Below, piece after piece: positions 36,076 through 46,249 of a DNA stretch of 64,000 nt. The translations under genes were made by a program, and so were the position numbers. Numbering within the stretch: the first letter of the stretch is position 1; each line of letters starts with the position of its first letter. The DNA lies in NCBI GenBank assembly GCA_020027645.1, contig JAHKKM010000001.1, positions 6,211 to 70,210 of the forward strand, given 5' to 3'. Source of the stretch: Pseudomonadota bacterium. GTDB taxonomy: Bacteria; Pseudomonadota; Gammaproteobacteria; Steroidobacterales; Woeseiaceae. The notes beneath the pieces were generated by a model. That model saw only the letters and a program-made list of their open reading frames with translations, had not been told where the DNA came from and searched no databases.

Positions 36076-38379
36076 TCAAGGCGCTGCATGCCAGTAACGG
36101 CGATAGGCATGACGTTGTTCGATCACCGGTTGCAGGCCGCCACTGATGCAAATACGTAGGCTGACAGCACCGGATGATGCGGTCGAGAGCAGTTTTGCGC
36201 CCTGCCCCTGCCAGCGCCGAACTACCTCGGGCTTGGGAAATCCCCAGCGATTTCCATAGCCGGCCGATACCACCGCAAGTTCGGCATCCAGCGCGGCCAC
36301 GAAATTCGCCGTAGACGAGGTGCGACTGCCATGATGTGGAACGACAACGAAATGTGATTGCCGGAGCGAATTTTGCGCAAGCAGCCATCGCTCGACCGGC
36401 GCTTCTATGTCACCGGTGAGCAGTGCACGGTGAGGGCCTGCGCTGATTTCGAGAACACAGGACGAATCGTTGCCAACATGTGTTGTCATAGCGGGCGGGT
36501 GCAGCAGGCGGAAGTCAATGCCGTCCCAGTGCCATGCCTGGCCTGCCGCGCAGCGGGTCTGCCGCGGCAGGCGATCGGATTCAATCGGCGGCGACTCACC
36601 GAACAGGACTTGTCCGACATCAAACTGTCCGACGACTGAATTGACGCCGCCGGTATGATCGAGATCCGCGTGACTGACAATCAATGCATCGATCTTTCCC
36701 CGACCCAGCGACCGCAGGAATGGCACCAGGACCAGCTCTCCCGCATCGCTGCCACTGCGAAACGCCGGCCCGGTGTCGAACACCGCCAGCCTCGTGCGCG
36801 TTTCGGCCACCACCGATAGTCCCTGACCAACATCGAGTACGTGCAGATCCACGCAGTCCCGTGGCGGCGATTGCGCGACGTGCATGATTACCGCCAGCAT
36901 TGCAATCCAGGCAAGATAGCGCCCGGGAAAACCGGGCGGCAAGGCTGCCCAAAGTCCGGTAGCCCAAAGCACAGCCAGCATGACACCCGTCAACGGCAAG
37001 GTCCGAAACTCTGCGTGCGGCGATTTCGCGGCCAGGTCGACCAGCCACAGCAAGACAACAACGCTGAAATGCGCCAGCCGAACCAGAGCATCGCCGGCGA
37101 ATTGCATCGGTCCGTCGAGCACGATCGCAAGCAGCGACAGCGGCGTTGTAAACAGATTGAATATTGGCAACGCGAGCAGATTGACAAACGGCGCCAGCCA
37201 GGTGATGCGGCCGAAGAGCACTGCCGTGAGCGGCAGCAATCCGAAGAGGAGGAAAACCTGGAGGACTGCGAGGTGCCACACCGAACCCACAATATGCCTG
37301 CCTGCCATCGGCCGGCACGGCAGCACAGCTGCCTTGAACTGCTGACCTGACCAAAGCAGCAACGCTACGGCGAAAAAAGACAGTTGAAAGCCAGGTGTCA
37401 CTGCTGCCAGCGGATCAGCAGCCAGTATGCCGAGGCAGGCCAGGGACAAGATTCGCGCATAGCTCCGCTGCCGGCGCATCAGCAATGTCACCGACACCAG
37501 CAATACCATCAACAATGCTCGCTGCGCAGGTACGGCAAGGCCCGAGATCAGCGTGTAGGCCGTAGCGCCAATCGCCGCTGTGACGACAGCTGCGTCGCGA
37601 ATGTTTCGCCCTCGGGCAAAAGGCGCGGCAAGGACTCGTACCAGCAGAAAGAGGCCAGCGGCAGCGAGTCCTATGTGCAATCCGGATATCGACATCAGAT
37701 GACTGGTGCCGGTGCGGGCATACTGGTCCCACTGCTCGCGCGTAATGTCCTGCCGGGCACCGATGGTTACTGCGGTGAGTACTGCGCGGGCCGCGTCATC
37801 GGGGAGCAAGGCATAAGTGCGTTGCAGGAAATGGCGGCGCAGCGCGGTAACTCGGCCGACATCGGGTTGTGGTGTCAATCTTGCGGCGGAAACGACGTAA
37901 CCGGTTGCGCCGATTCGCTGCCGGAACAGCCAGCCTTCGTAGTCAAATCCCTGTGGATTGGCCAGCCCGCGCGGTGCTCGCAGCCGCGCGGTCAGCTGCC
38001 AGACCTCGCCAATTTGTGGCGTTTCCGTGGGCTCGTACCAGCTGAGGCGAATTTTCGGTGGTAATTCGCGGCGATCCTGTGGCTTGACCAGAAGGCGCAA
38101 CGCGTCGCCCGCGGCGATCGGAAAATCGTCAATCGCGCCGACGAATTCGACGATCTGGCCTTCAAAACGGGACTGGAGCTGTGCGTCGATTACAAGGTGT
38201 GCCGTGGTGGCCGTAGCCAGATACCCCAGGAACACGGCCGCCAACGGGCGCAACGTGGCTGTCAGCATCGTCCCTGTCGTTACTACGGCAAGCGTTATCA
38301 GCCAGGGAGCGGACGGCAGGCTCGCTGCCTGATGCATCGAGTACATGCCACAGAGCACGCAAAGTGAGAATCGCAACAT
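36076..38379 (-). CDS. comEC: DNA internalization-related competence protein ComEC/Rec2
   Basis: Polytopic membrane core plus a C-terminal metallo-beta-lactamase domain (HVLDVGQGLSVV, VSHADLDHTGG, VVPHHGS). Confidence 0.88.
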   Translation of the reverse strand: MLRFSLCVLCGMYSMHQAASLPSAPWLITLAVVTTGTMLTATLRPLAAVFLGYLATATTAHLVIDAQLQSRFEGQIVEFVGAIDDFPIAAGDALRLLVKPQDRRELPPKIRLSWYEPTETPQIGEVWQLTARLRAPRGLANPQGFDYEGWLFRQRIGATGYVVSAARLTPQPDVGRVTALRRHFLQRTYALLPDDAARAVLTAVTIGARQDITREQWDQYARTGTSHLMSISGLHIGLAAAGLFLLVRVLAAPFARGRNIRDAAVVTAAIGATAYTLISGLAVPAQRALLMVLLVSVTLLMRRQRSYARILSLACLGILAADPLAAVTPGFQLSFFAVALLLWSGQQFKAAVLPCRPMAGRHIVGSVWHLAVLQVFLLFGLLPLTAVLFGRITWLAPFVNLLALPIFNLFTTPLSLLAIVLDGPMQFAGDALVRLAHFSVVVLLWLVDLAAKSPHAEFRTLPLTGVMLAVLWATGLWAALPPGFPGRYLAWIAMLAVIMHVAQSPPRDCVDLHVLDVGQGLSVVAETRTRLAVFDTGPAFRSGSDAGELVLVPFLRSLGRGKIDALIVSHADLDHTGGVNSVVGQFDVGQVLFGESPPIESDRLPRQTRCAAGQAWHWDGIDFRLLHPPAMTTHVGNDSSCVLEISAGPHRALLTGDIEAPVERWLLAQNSLRQSHFVVVPHHGSRTSSTANFVAALDAELAVVSAGYGNRWGFPKPEVVRRWQGQGAKLLSTASSGAVSLRICISGGLQPVIEQRHAYRRYWHAAP

Positions 38380-38462
38380 GTTCCGCTTCCCTGCGGTTTC
38401 TCGTTATGATGCGCGCCTGCATCTCGAGCCTGTCTGCTCGATGAAATCGGATATCTGTTGCA

Positions 38463-38975
38463 ATGCCAAGGCGCTTTTTTCGCAAATTTGCCCTCAATCG
38501 CGAGCGCCTGCGAAAGCTGTGGTTTATCGAACCGTTCGACCACCTGCTGCATGACCCGGATTTGTGGGGAATCCGGCGGCGTTCCGTGGTGCCGGCTTTT
38601 TCGCTGGGCCTGTTCATAGCCTTCATGCCGATTCCGGGCCACCCGTTGATCGCCGCCCTGCTAGCCATCCCCTTGCGGGTGAATGTCGCGATCGCCACGG
38701 TAACGACTTTTATCAGCAATCCTCTGACCATGGGCCCGATGTATTTCTCCGCCTACTGGCTGGGCCGCGCCTTGCTCGGCCTGGAGCCGCAGCCCTTTGA
38801 ATTTGAACTGTCCATGTCCTGGCTCGGCAATCAGTTTCAGCATATCTGGCAACCGATGGTGCTCGGATGCGTTTTGCTCGGATCATTCTCCGCTTTTGTC
38901 GGCTATGTTTCGCTCGATCTCTTGTGGCGGGCATCCATTGCGGATTACCTGGCGAAGCGGCGCAAGCGCAAGTAA
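38463..38975 (+). CDS. DUF2062 domain membrane protein
   Basis: N-terminus MPRRFFRKF...L..P.LW...RRSV..AFSLGLF.AF.P.PGH is typical of DUF2062. Divergent from comEC as in Pseudomonas. Confidence 0.7.
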   Translation: MPRRFFRKFALNRERLRKLWFIEPFDHLLHDPDLWGIRRRSVVPAFSLGLFIAFMPIPGHPLIAALLAIPLRVNVAIATVTTFISNPLTMGPMYFSAYWLGRALLGLEPQPFEFELSMSWLGNQFQHIWQPMVLGCVLLGSFSAFVGYVSLDLLWRASIADYLAKRRKRK

Positions 38976-38987
38976 CGGATAGCTTCG

Positions 38988-39692
38988 TCAGGAGGCGCCA
39001 GCGAGTCTGCCGTCCTCGAGCACCAACACCCGATCCATGCGTTTCGCTATCGATTTGTCGTGCGTAACGATCACGAGACTGGTTTCGAGCTCACGGTTGA
39101 GCTCCAGCATCAGCTGCAGCACGTGTTCTCCGTTGCCAGCATCGAGGTTGCCGGTTGGTTCGTCGGCAAGCACCAGGCTCGGCCGCGTAATCAATGCCCG
39201 AGCAACCGCTGCGCGCTGCCGTTCGCCGCCTGACAGCTCGCCGGGCTTGTGCGTCAGGCGCTGGCCGAGGCCGACCCGGCCGAGCAGGTCTGCTGCCTGT
39301 TGCATCGCTTTCTGCTTGCGCTCGCGACGAATCAGCAATGGCATCGCGACGTTCTCCTGGGCCGAAAATTCCGGCAACAGATGATGAAACTGATAGACGA
39401 AACCGATATAGCGATTACGAAGTTCGCTCTTTTGCGCCTCGCTGGTATTGGCCAACGTGTGGCCACCCACGATAACCTCGCCTGAGGTCGGATCATCGAG
39501 CCCGCCCATGATCTGCAGCAGCGTCGTTTTTCCGGAGCCCGAGGTACCGACGATCGCAAGACGCTCGGCCGCTGACACGCTGAGATCAACGCCGCTCAGG
39601 ACTTCGAGTACAGAACCGCCCTCCGCGAACCGGCGCACGACTTTACGGCAGCAAAGTACCCCGGTGGCGGGTGATAGCTGCGCTTTATTCAT
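38988..39692 (-). CDS. lolD: lipoprotein-releasing ABC transporter ATP-binding protein LolD
   Basis: GTSGSGKTTLL, LSGGERQRAAVARAL and VLADEPTGNLD. Lies downstream of two LolC/E permeases. Confidence 0.9.
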   Translation of the reverse strand: MNKAQLSPATGVLCCRKVVRRFAEGGSVLEVLSGVDLSVSAAERLAIVGTSGSGKTTLLQIMGGLDDPTSGEVIVGGHTLANTSEAQKSELRNRYIGFVYQFHHLLPEFSAQENVAMPLLIRRERKQKAMQQAADLLGRVGLGQRLTHKPGELSGGERQRAAVARALITRPSLVLADEPTGNLDAGNGEHVLQLMLELNRELETSLVIVTHDKSIAKRMDRVLVLEDGRLAGAS

Positions 39693-40932
39693 ATCGCAAT
39701 GCCTCGGCAGGCAAAGTCCGGGCGCCTCGCCACGCGGGATAAATGGTCGACAACAAAGCGAGTATCAGCGCGATCGCACAGATTCTTGCAACGTCGGGCC
39801 AGCGCAGGTCCGCTGGAAGGTCACTGATGAAATAAACATCGGCGGCAAGAAACTTGATGCCGAAGGAGGATTCCATGAATGCCACGATGCTCTCCAGGTT
39901 GACAGTGAGAACGACGCCGAGCAGCAGTCCTGCAACCGTGCCGAGGACGCCGATAATGCTTCCCTGCACGATGAATATCTTCAATACCGTCGATGGCGAC
40001 GCACCGACCGTGCGCAGGATGGCAATATCCGACTGCTTGTCCTTTACCACCATGACCAGGGTCGAAACGATATTGAAGGCGGCAACGGCGATCACCATCA
40101 GCAGGATTACGAACAGGATCGATTTGGTGATCTGTATGGAACGAAAGAAATTCACATGCCGCCGCGTCCAGTCACTGACCAGCACGCCACCACCCCCGTC
40201 GATTGCCACCTGGCGAACAATGGCTGGCGCTGCATAGATATCCGTTACAGACAGCCGGATCCCGCTGACGCCCTCGCCGAGGCGAAACAGTCGCTGCGCA
40301 TCCGCAAGATTGACGAATGCGAGTCGCCGGTCGAATTCATACATGCCCACCCGGTAAATGCCACCGACCGTGAAACGCCGGGTCCTCGGCATGACTCCGG
40401 CAGGCGTCACCACGCCCTCCGCCAGTGTAACCGTGACCTTGTCACCTACATTGGCGCGCAATGCACCGGCAAGCTCGCTGCCAAGGACAATGGCGAACGC
40501 GCCAGGCTGCAGCGCCTGAAAACTTCCTTCGGTCACCACGGACGCGATACCAGAAACCGCCGATTCAAGAGCCGGATCGATCCCGCGCAATTCGGCGCCG
40601 CTCAATTGCCGCCCGGACACCAGCAGTGCCTGCCCATCGACGTACGGCGCCGCAGCGAGCACGTCAGGATTGGTGACTGCGTTGCGCGCGTGGACTTGCC
40701 AGTCTGCCAACACCCCGAGCGGATCCTCGATGGTCGCGTGCGCCGACATGGCCAGCAGGCGCTCGCGCAATTCCCTCTCGAAACCGTTGACGACCGACAG
40801 CACGACAATCAGCACTGCAACCGCGATTGCAATACCGCTGATCGAAATGGTGGATATCAGCGATACAAAGCCATTGCGGCTTTTTGAACGCACATAGCGC
40901 CCGCCCATCCAGCATTCGAACCAGTGCAGCAT
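39685..40932 (-). CDS. lipoprotein-releasing system permease, LolC/LolE family (second copy)
   Basis: FtsX-like permease: GRYVRSKSRNGFVSLIS.ISI.GIA, FNIVSTLVMVVKDKQSDIAILRTVG, C-terminal EALRYE. I cannot tell LolC from LolE by eye. Confidence 0.85.
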   Translation of the reverse strand: MLHWFECWMGGRYVRSKSRNGFVSLISTISISGIAIAVAVLIVVLSVVNGFERELRERLLAMSAHATIEDPLGVLADWQVHARNAVTNPDVLAAAPYVDGQALLVSGRQLSGAELRGIDPALESAVSGIASVVTEGSFQALQPGAFAIVLGSELAGALRANVGDKVTVTLAEGVVTPAGVMPRTRRFTVGGIYRVGMYEFDRRLAFVNLADAQRLFRLGEGVSGIRLSVTDIYAAPAIVRQVAIDGGGGVLVSDWTRRHVNFFRSIQITKSILFVILLMVIAVAAFNIVSTLVMVVKDKQSDIAILRTVGASPSTVLKIFIVQGSIIGVLGTVAGLLLGVVLTVNLESIVAFMESSFGIKFLAADVYFISDLPADLRWPDVARICAIALILALLSTIYPAWRGARTLPAEALRYE

Positions 40933-40936
40933 CTTG

Positions 40937-42202
40937 TTATTCGTACCGTAACGCAGACGCGGGATTGACCTTTGCCGCACGTCGCGCCGGATAAAGGGTT
41001 GCGAGCGAAGTGAGGAGAAATGCGGCAATGGCGATGACGGTAACGTCCTGCATCCTGAGCACGGAAGGGATTGCAGTCACGTAATACACATCGCCTGGCA
41101 TGATCTGGAAACCGAATAGGCGCTCTACGGCCGGCGCGAGCACGGGCACGTAAAGCGCGAGCAGAACGCCACTGACGACACCGAGAAATACTCCTGCCCA
41201 GCCTATGGCTGCGCCCTGGATAAAGAAGATGCGCACCACCCCGCCCGGACCCATGCCGAGAGTCCGCAATATCGCAATATCGCCCGTCTTGTCAGTCACA
41301 ACCATCACCAGGCTTGCGACAATATTGAATGCAGCGACACCGATGATCAGCGACAGAATCAGCGACATCATCATTTTCTCAAGCCGGATTGCGTGAAAAT
41401 AACTGGCGTTTTCGACGGTCCAGTCGGTGCTTGTAAAACCCCGGCCAAGACCGGCCCTGAGCTTTGCGGATACGGCCGGGGCCAACAGCACGTCGGTGCC
41501 GACAAAGCGTACGCCGGAGACCCGCTCGCCGAGCGATAGCAGCAACTGCGCATCGTGCATGTGAATCAGGGCGAGCGATGCGTCATGGTCCTGCACGCCG
41601 GCTTCGAACACACCACGCAGAATAAAGCGTTCCAGTACAGGTTCGAGCGAGCCGTGACCGTCCGGGCGAGGAATGAGCAGCACGACACCGTCGCCCATGC
41701 GTGCACCGAGGTCGAGCGCCAGCAGCCGCCCGAGAATGATGCTCTTGTTGCCGGCTTGCAGTACGTCGAGATTACCCTCGACGAAATTGATGGTCGCGCC
41801 GGATACTTGAGCCTCTTCTTCCGGCAGAACACCGTTGACCAGCACAGCCCGTAAGCTCCTGCCGGTGCGAACCATGCCCTCCATTTGTACATACGGCGCA
41901 GCTGCCACCACACCGGTCGTCGCAAGTACCTGCCGCTGCAGGGACGGCCAGTCCGAAATACTGCCGTCGTCACTGCTGTCATCGCCGCTGACACTGCCGT
42001 GCGCCGTCATGCTGAGCAGGCGATCACGCAACTCGGCCTCGAATCCGTTCATGACGGACAGAATCACAATCAGCGCGGCCACTCCGAGGGCAATGCCGGC
42101 CAGCGAAATCAGCGTGATAAAGGAGACAAATCGGGTGCGCCGCTTGGCCCGAAGGTACCGCAGGCCAACAAACAGTTCGACTGGCTTGATCATCGGCCGC
42201 AT
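40937..42202 (-). CDS. lipoprotein-releasing system permease, LolC/LolE family (first copy)
   Basis: LFVGLRYLRAKRRTRFVSFITLISLAGIALGV, FNIVASLVMVVTDKTGDIAILRTLG, C-terminal SALRYE. Start at 42202 or 42193. Confidence 0.85.
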   Translation of the reverse strand: MRPMIKPVELFVGLRYLRAKRRTRFVSFITLISLAGIALGVAALIVILSVMNGFEAELRDRLLSMTAHGSVSGDDSSDDGSISDWPSLQRQVLATTGVVAAAPYVQMEGMVRTGRSLRAVLVNGVLPEEEAQVSGATINFVEGNLDVLQAGNKSIILGRLLALDLGARMGDGVVLLIPRPDGHGSLEPVLERFILRGVFEAGVQDHDASLALIHMHDAQLLLSLGERVSGVRFVGTDVLLAPAVSAKLRAGLGRGFTSTDWTVENASYFHAIRLEKMMMSLILSLIIGVAAFNIVASLVMVVTDKTGDIAILRTLGMGPGGVVRIFFIQGAAIGWAGVFLGVVSGVLLALYVPVLAPAVERLFGFQIMPGDVYYVTAIPSVLRMQDVTVIAIAAFLLTSLATLYPARRAAKVNPASALRYE

Positions 42203-42354
42203 TAAACCACATTCACTTCCGGTCGGGCCGTTTTCCAATAGTGAGAACCAGGTCCGGGAGTGCCTGGCCGTGTGCGTGTAAAACGCTGTTAATCAACTGT
42301 TTATGATCCGAAGCGCGATGTTATAGTCGCAACAATCGATCTGGAGGCCCCGTT

Positions 42355-42633
42355 ATGGCCAAGCTCTATGTCCTGATTGCCGCTGCCGGCCTCATTTCCG
42401 GCGCAGCTGTTGCCGATACCCTGCAAATGGGTGGAACCGAAAATGCGGCGCGGTTCGAACAACCGGGCAAGCCCACGCGCGGCATGACCGAGGCCAGCGT
42501 TGAATCCACGTACGGAAAGCCGAATTCGAAACAGCCGGCAGTCGGGGACCCGCCGATCAGCCGCTGGGAGTACAGTGAATTCGTCGTATTTTTCGAATAC
42601 GACAAGGTCATTCACGCCGTTAGTCGTCGCTGA
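42355..42633 (+). CDS. small secreted hypothetical protein (BamE/SmpA-like pattern)
   Basis: GGAGG SD and signal peptide MAKLYVLIAAAGLISGAAVA. The pattern GMTEASVESTYGKP......W.Y..F.V.F....V is reminiscent of the SmpA/OmlA fold. Family not confirmed. Confidence 0.6.
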   Translation: MAKLYVLIAAAGLISGAAVADTLQMGGTENAARFEQPGKPTRGMTEASVESTYGKPNSKQPAVGDPPISRWEYSEFVVFFEYDKVIHAVSRR

Positions 42634-42764
42634 TACGGCCGACGCGGCCAGCGCCGCGAGCGGCTCCCTCTGATACTTGCGGATACACGCTGCCGGCCGC
42701 TGTAGCGGCAATGTTGCTGACTTATGCGATAATCGCCGGCCGATTTTGCCTGCGGTTTCCTTAA

Positions 42765-45700
42765 GTGTCGCCTCAACCAATATTGATTCCACCTCTGGCC
42801 GGAACCCCCGGCCTGCCAGCCTCGATCGGCCGCTTGATCGGCGCAGCCGCGTCTATGGCCGCGGTGGAGTACGCTCAACTGCTCGGCAGTCCGGTCCTGG
42901 TGCTGGCACGCGATCCGCGGCATGCCGATCAGCTCGAGACGGAAATGCGTTTTTTTGCCGCTGGCAATCTGCCGATCGTGCATTTCGTCGAATGGGAAAC
43001 ACTGTCCTACGACAGTTTTTCGCCGCATCAGGACATTATTTCGCAACGCCTGTCCGTCCTGTCGGCACTGCCCGATCTCAGCCGTGGCATCGTCATCGCC
43101 TCTGCACCTTGCCTGTTGCAACGTCTTCCGCCAAAAAATTATGTAAGCGCGAGATCCCTGCGATTGGAACGCGGAGAAAAGGTGGACCGGCAGGCCTTTG
43201 TCGATTCGCTGATCGCGGCTGGATACCTTCGCGTCCCGCAGGTTGAGGAGCACGGCGAGCTTGCAGTTCGCGGATCGCTGCTTGACCTTTTTCCGATGGG
43301 TGCGGACGAGCCGTTGCGCATCGACTTTTTCGACGATGAGATCGAGAGCCTGCGCCGCTTCGACGTCGACACGCAATTATCCGGGATCGAGATTTCGGAA
43401 ATTCGAATTTTGCCGGCCCGCGAGGTGCCACTCGACGAGAGTGACATCCGGGAGTTCCGCCGCCGTTACCGGGAAAGATTTGAAGGACAGCCATCGCGCT
43501 CTCGTATCTATCGCGAGGTGTCCGAGGGCATTGCCCATGGGGGAATCGAGTACTACCTGCCGTTGTTTTTTGAAGAGACGGCGTCGCTGCTCGATTATCT
43601 GCCGAACGCCACTGTCGTCTTCAGGCCGTCGGACCTCGGTGCAATTCTCGATCAGAGCTGGCAGGAAATTCTCGATCGTTACGACATCTGCCGCCTTGAT
43701 CCGGAACGACCGATACTGAGTCCCGAAGAATGCTTCATCGGCCTGGAACAACTGGTGGCAGGCCTGGCAGGTTTGCGATCGGTCAGTTACACATCGCAGT
43801 CGGTTGCCGATGTCGCCGGCAGCATCAATCTGCCCGCCCGACTGCCGCCGGCACTTCGCATCGAGTCGCGGTTTGACGACGCGGCAGCAGCATTGCTGCA
43901 ATTCATGGCGAGTTTCGACGGCCGGGTCTTGTTCACGGCGGATTCTGCCGGACGTCGCGAAGCGATCATCGACCTGCTGCAGGGGCGTGACATTCGCGTT
44001 CGCCGCGTTGACGACTGGCCGTCATTCCTCGAGTCCGACGAGCGTATCTGCATCACCATCGCGCCGGTGGAAAATGGCGTGTTGCTCGACGAGGCCGGTA
44101 TTGCCGTGATCAGCGAACAGCAACTGTTCGGCGACCGGCCTCGACATAAATCGCGGCGACGTCGCAGCGAAAGGGATCCGGAAACCATCATCCGGCAACT
44201 CAATGACCTTCAGGACGGCTCACCGGTCGTGCATGCCGAGTACGGCATCGGCCGATACCGGGGCCTGGTCAGCCTTCGGCCCGGAGGCGTTGAAGGAGAA
44301 TTCCTGCATCTTGAGTACGCCGATGGCGACAAGCTTTACGTGCCGGTTCATGCCCTGAACCTGATTTCGCGCTACACAGGGGCATCACCGGAAAATGCCC
44401 CGTTGCACAAGCTGGGAAGCGATCAATGGGCAAAAGCGCGACGACGGGCGATCGACCGGATCCGCGACGTTGCCGCGGAGTTGCTGGATGTGTATGCAAG
44501 GCGTGCCGCCCGGCCCGGCCACCGGTTTCACTGGCCCGAAGCCGAGTACCGGGCATTCGAGGACGGGTTCCCGTTCGAGCCGACCGAGGACCAGGCACGA
44601 ACTATCAACGAGGTCCTGCAGGACTTGGCCAGCGGCACACCCATGGACCGCGTTGTCTGCGGCGACGTCGGTTTCGGCAAAACCGAGGTAGCCTTGCGGG
44701 CGACGTTTGCTGCTGTTCACAGCGGCAAGCAGGTCGCAATTCTTGTGCCTACGACATTGCTCGCGCAACAACACGGGCAGACCTTTCAGGACCGGTTCGC
44801 GGACTGGCCGGTTCGGGTCGAAGTGCTGTCACGATTTCGCTCGAAAAAGGAGGCCGACCGCATTATTGACGGAATGCGCAGCGGTGCCGTCGATGTCGTC
44901 ATCGGCACCCACCGGTTACTGCAGCACACCCGTGATTTTCGCGATATCGGACTGGTCATTGTCGACGAAGAACATCGATTCGGCGTCCGGCACAAGGAGG
45001 CGATCAAGTCACTTCGCAGTGCGGTCGACGTATTGACACTGACGGCGACACCGATTCCCCGCACCCTCAACATGGCCCTCGGTGGACTGCGCGAAATGTC
45101 GCTGATTACGACTCCGCCGGTTGGACGCCTCGCGGTCAAGACCTTTGTCAGCGAATGGAATGACGTCGTCATCCGCGAAGCGTTGCTTCGCGAAATACGC
45201 CGCGGTGGCCAAGTGTATTTTATCCACAACCGGGTCGACGACATTGCACGCGTCGAGCAACAACTTGCCAAACTGGTGCCGGAAGCCACGATACGAATTG
45301 GCCACGGACAAATGCCGGAACGCGAACTCGAACAAGTGATGCTGGATTTCTATCATCGCCGATTCAATGTCCTGCTGTGCACCACAATCGTCGAAAGCGG
45401 CCTCGATGTGCCGACTGCCAATACCATAATCATCAATCGCGCCGATCACTTCGGTCTGGCCCAGCTTCACCAGCTGCGTGGACGGGTGGGTCGCTCGCAT
45501 CATCGCGCGTATGCCTACCTCATCGCACCACCGCGCGCCGCCATGACCGCCGATGCCATCAAGCGCCTGGAAGCAATTGATTCGCTCGAGGACCTGGGGT
45601 CCGGCTTCATTCTGGCAACGCACGATCTGGAGATTCGTGGCGCCGGCGAGCTGCTCGGTGACACGCAAAGCGGCCAGATTCAGGAGATCGGTTTCTCGCT

Positions 45701-46244
45701 CTATACAGAACTTCTCGGTCGAGCGGTTGAGTCGCTGAGGAACGGCAAGGAACCGGATCTGGACCGGCCATTGAACGCCGGCGTCGACATCAACCTTCAC
45801 CTGCCGGCCCTGCTGCCGGAAGACTATGTACCGGATGTGCACCTGAGACTAATGTTGTACAAGCGCATTGCCAGCGCAGAATCACCGCCTGGACTCAGGG
45901 ATCTGCAGGTCGAACTGATTGACCGTTTCGGGCTGTTGCCGGCGGCAGCCAAAAACCTCATGCGCGTCGCGGAAATCAAGCTTCAGGCCTCCGCCCTCGG
46001 ACTGCAGAAGATCGATGCCGCGGAAGCAGGCGGATATCTGTTGTTCGGCAAAGAGACGCGCGTCGATCCACTTAACCTGGTGCGACTGGTGCAACGTGAG
46101 GGTCAGGGGTATCGAATGCAGGGCGCGCATCGATTACAGTTCCGGCTTGACATGAATACCCCGGATAAGCGGTTTGCGGCGATAGAATTACTGCTTCGCG
46201 AACTGGCAACTTCCGATAACATTGCCAAAGTAGCTACCGGTTGA
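42765..46244 (+). CDS. mfd: transcription-repair coupling factor
   Basis: 1159 aa with an RNAP-interaction domain and superfamily 2 helicase motifs (GDVGFGKTEVALRA, DEEHRFGV, TATPIPRT, QLHQLRGRVGRS) plus a TRG/C-terminal domain. GTG start. Confidence 0.95.
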   Translation: MSPQPILIPPLAGTPGLPASIGRLIGAAASMAAVEYAQLLGSPVLVLARDPRHADQLETEMRFFAAGNLPIVHFVEWETLSYDSFSPHQDIISQRLSVLSALPDLSRGIVIASAPCLLQRLPPKNYVSARSLRLERGEKVDRQAFVDSLIAAGYLRVPQVEEHGELAVRGSLLDLFPMGADEPLRIDFFDDEIESLRRFDVDTQLSGIEISEIRILPAREVPLDESDIREFRRRYRERFEGQPSRSRIYREVSEGIAHGGIEYYLPLFFEETASLLDYLPNATVVFRPSDLGAILDQSWQEILDRYDICRLDPERPILSPEECFIGLEQLVAGLAGLRSVSYTSQSVADVAGSINLPARLPPALRIESRFDDAAAALLQFMASFDGRVLFTADSAGRREAIIDLLQGRDIRVRRVDDWPSFLESDERICITIAPVENGVLLDEAGIAVISEQQLFGDRPRHKSRRRRSERDPETIIRQLNDLQDGSPVVHAEYGIGRYRGLVSLRPGGVEGEFLHLEYADGDKLYVPVHALNLISRYTGASPENAPLHKLGSDQWAKARRRAIDRIRDVAAELLDVYARRAARPGHRFHWPEAEYRAFEDGFPFEPTEDQARTINEVLQDLASGTPMDRVVCGDVGFGKTEVALRATFAAVHSGKQVAILVPTTLLAQQHGQTFQDRFADWPVRVEVLSRFRSKKEADRIIDGMRSGAVDVVIGTHRLLQHTRDFRDIGLVIVDEEHRFGVRHKEAIKSLRSAVDVLTLTATPIPRTLNMALGGLREMSLITTPPVGRLAVKTFVSEWNDVVIREALLREIRRGGQVYFIHNRVDDIARVEQQLAKLVPEATIRIGHGQMPERELEQVMLDFYHRRFNVLLCTTIVESGLDVPTANTIIINRADHFGLAQLHQLRGRVGRSHHRAYAYLIAPPRAAMTADAIKRLEAIDSLEDLGSGFILATHDLEIRGAGELLGDTQSGQIQEIGFSLYTELLGRAVESLRNGKEPDLDRPLNAGVDINLHLPALLPEDYVPDVHLRLMLYKRIASAESPPGLRDLQVELIDRFGLLPAAAKNLMRVAEIKLQASALGLQKIDAAEAGGYLLFGKETRVDPLNLVRLVQREGQGYRMQGAHRLQFRLDMNTPDKRFAAIELLLRELATSDNIAKVATG

Positions 46245-46249
46245 ACGAT

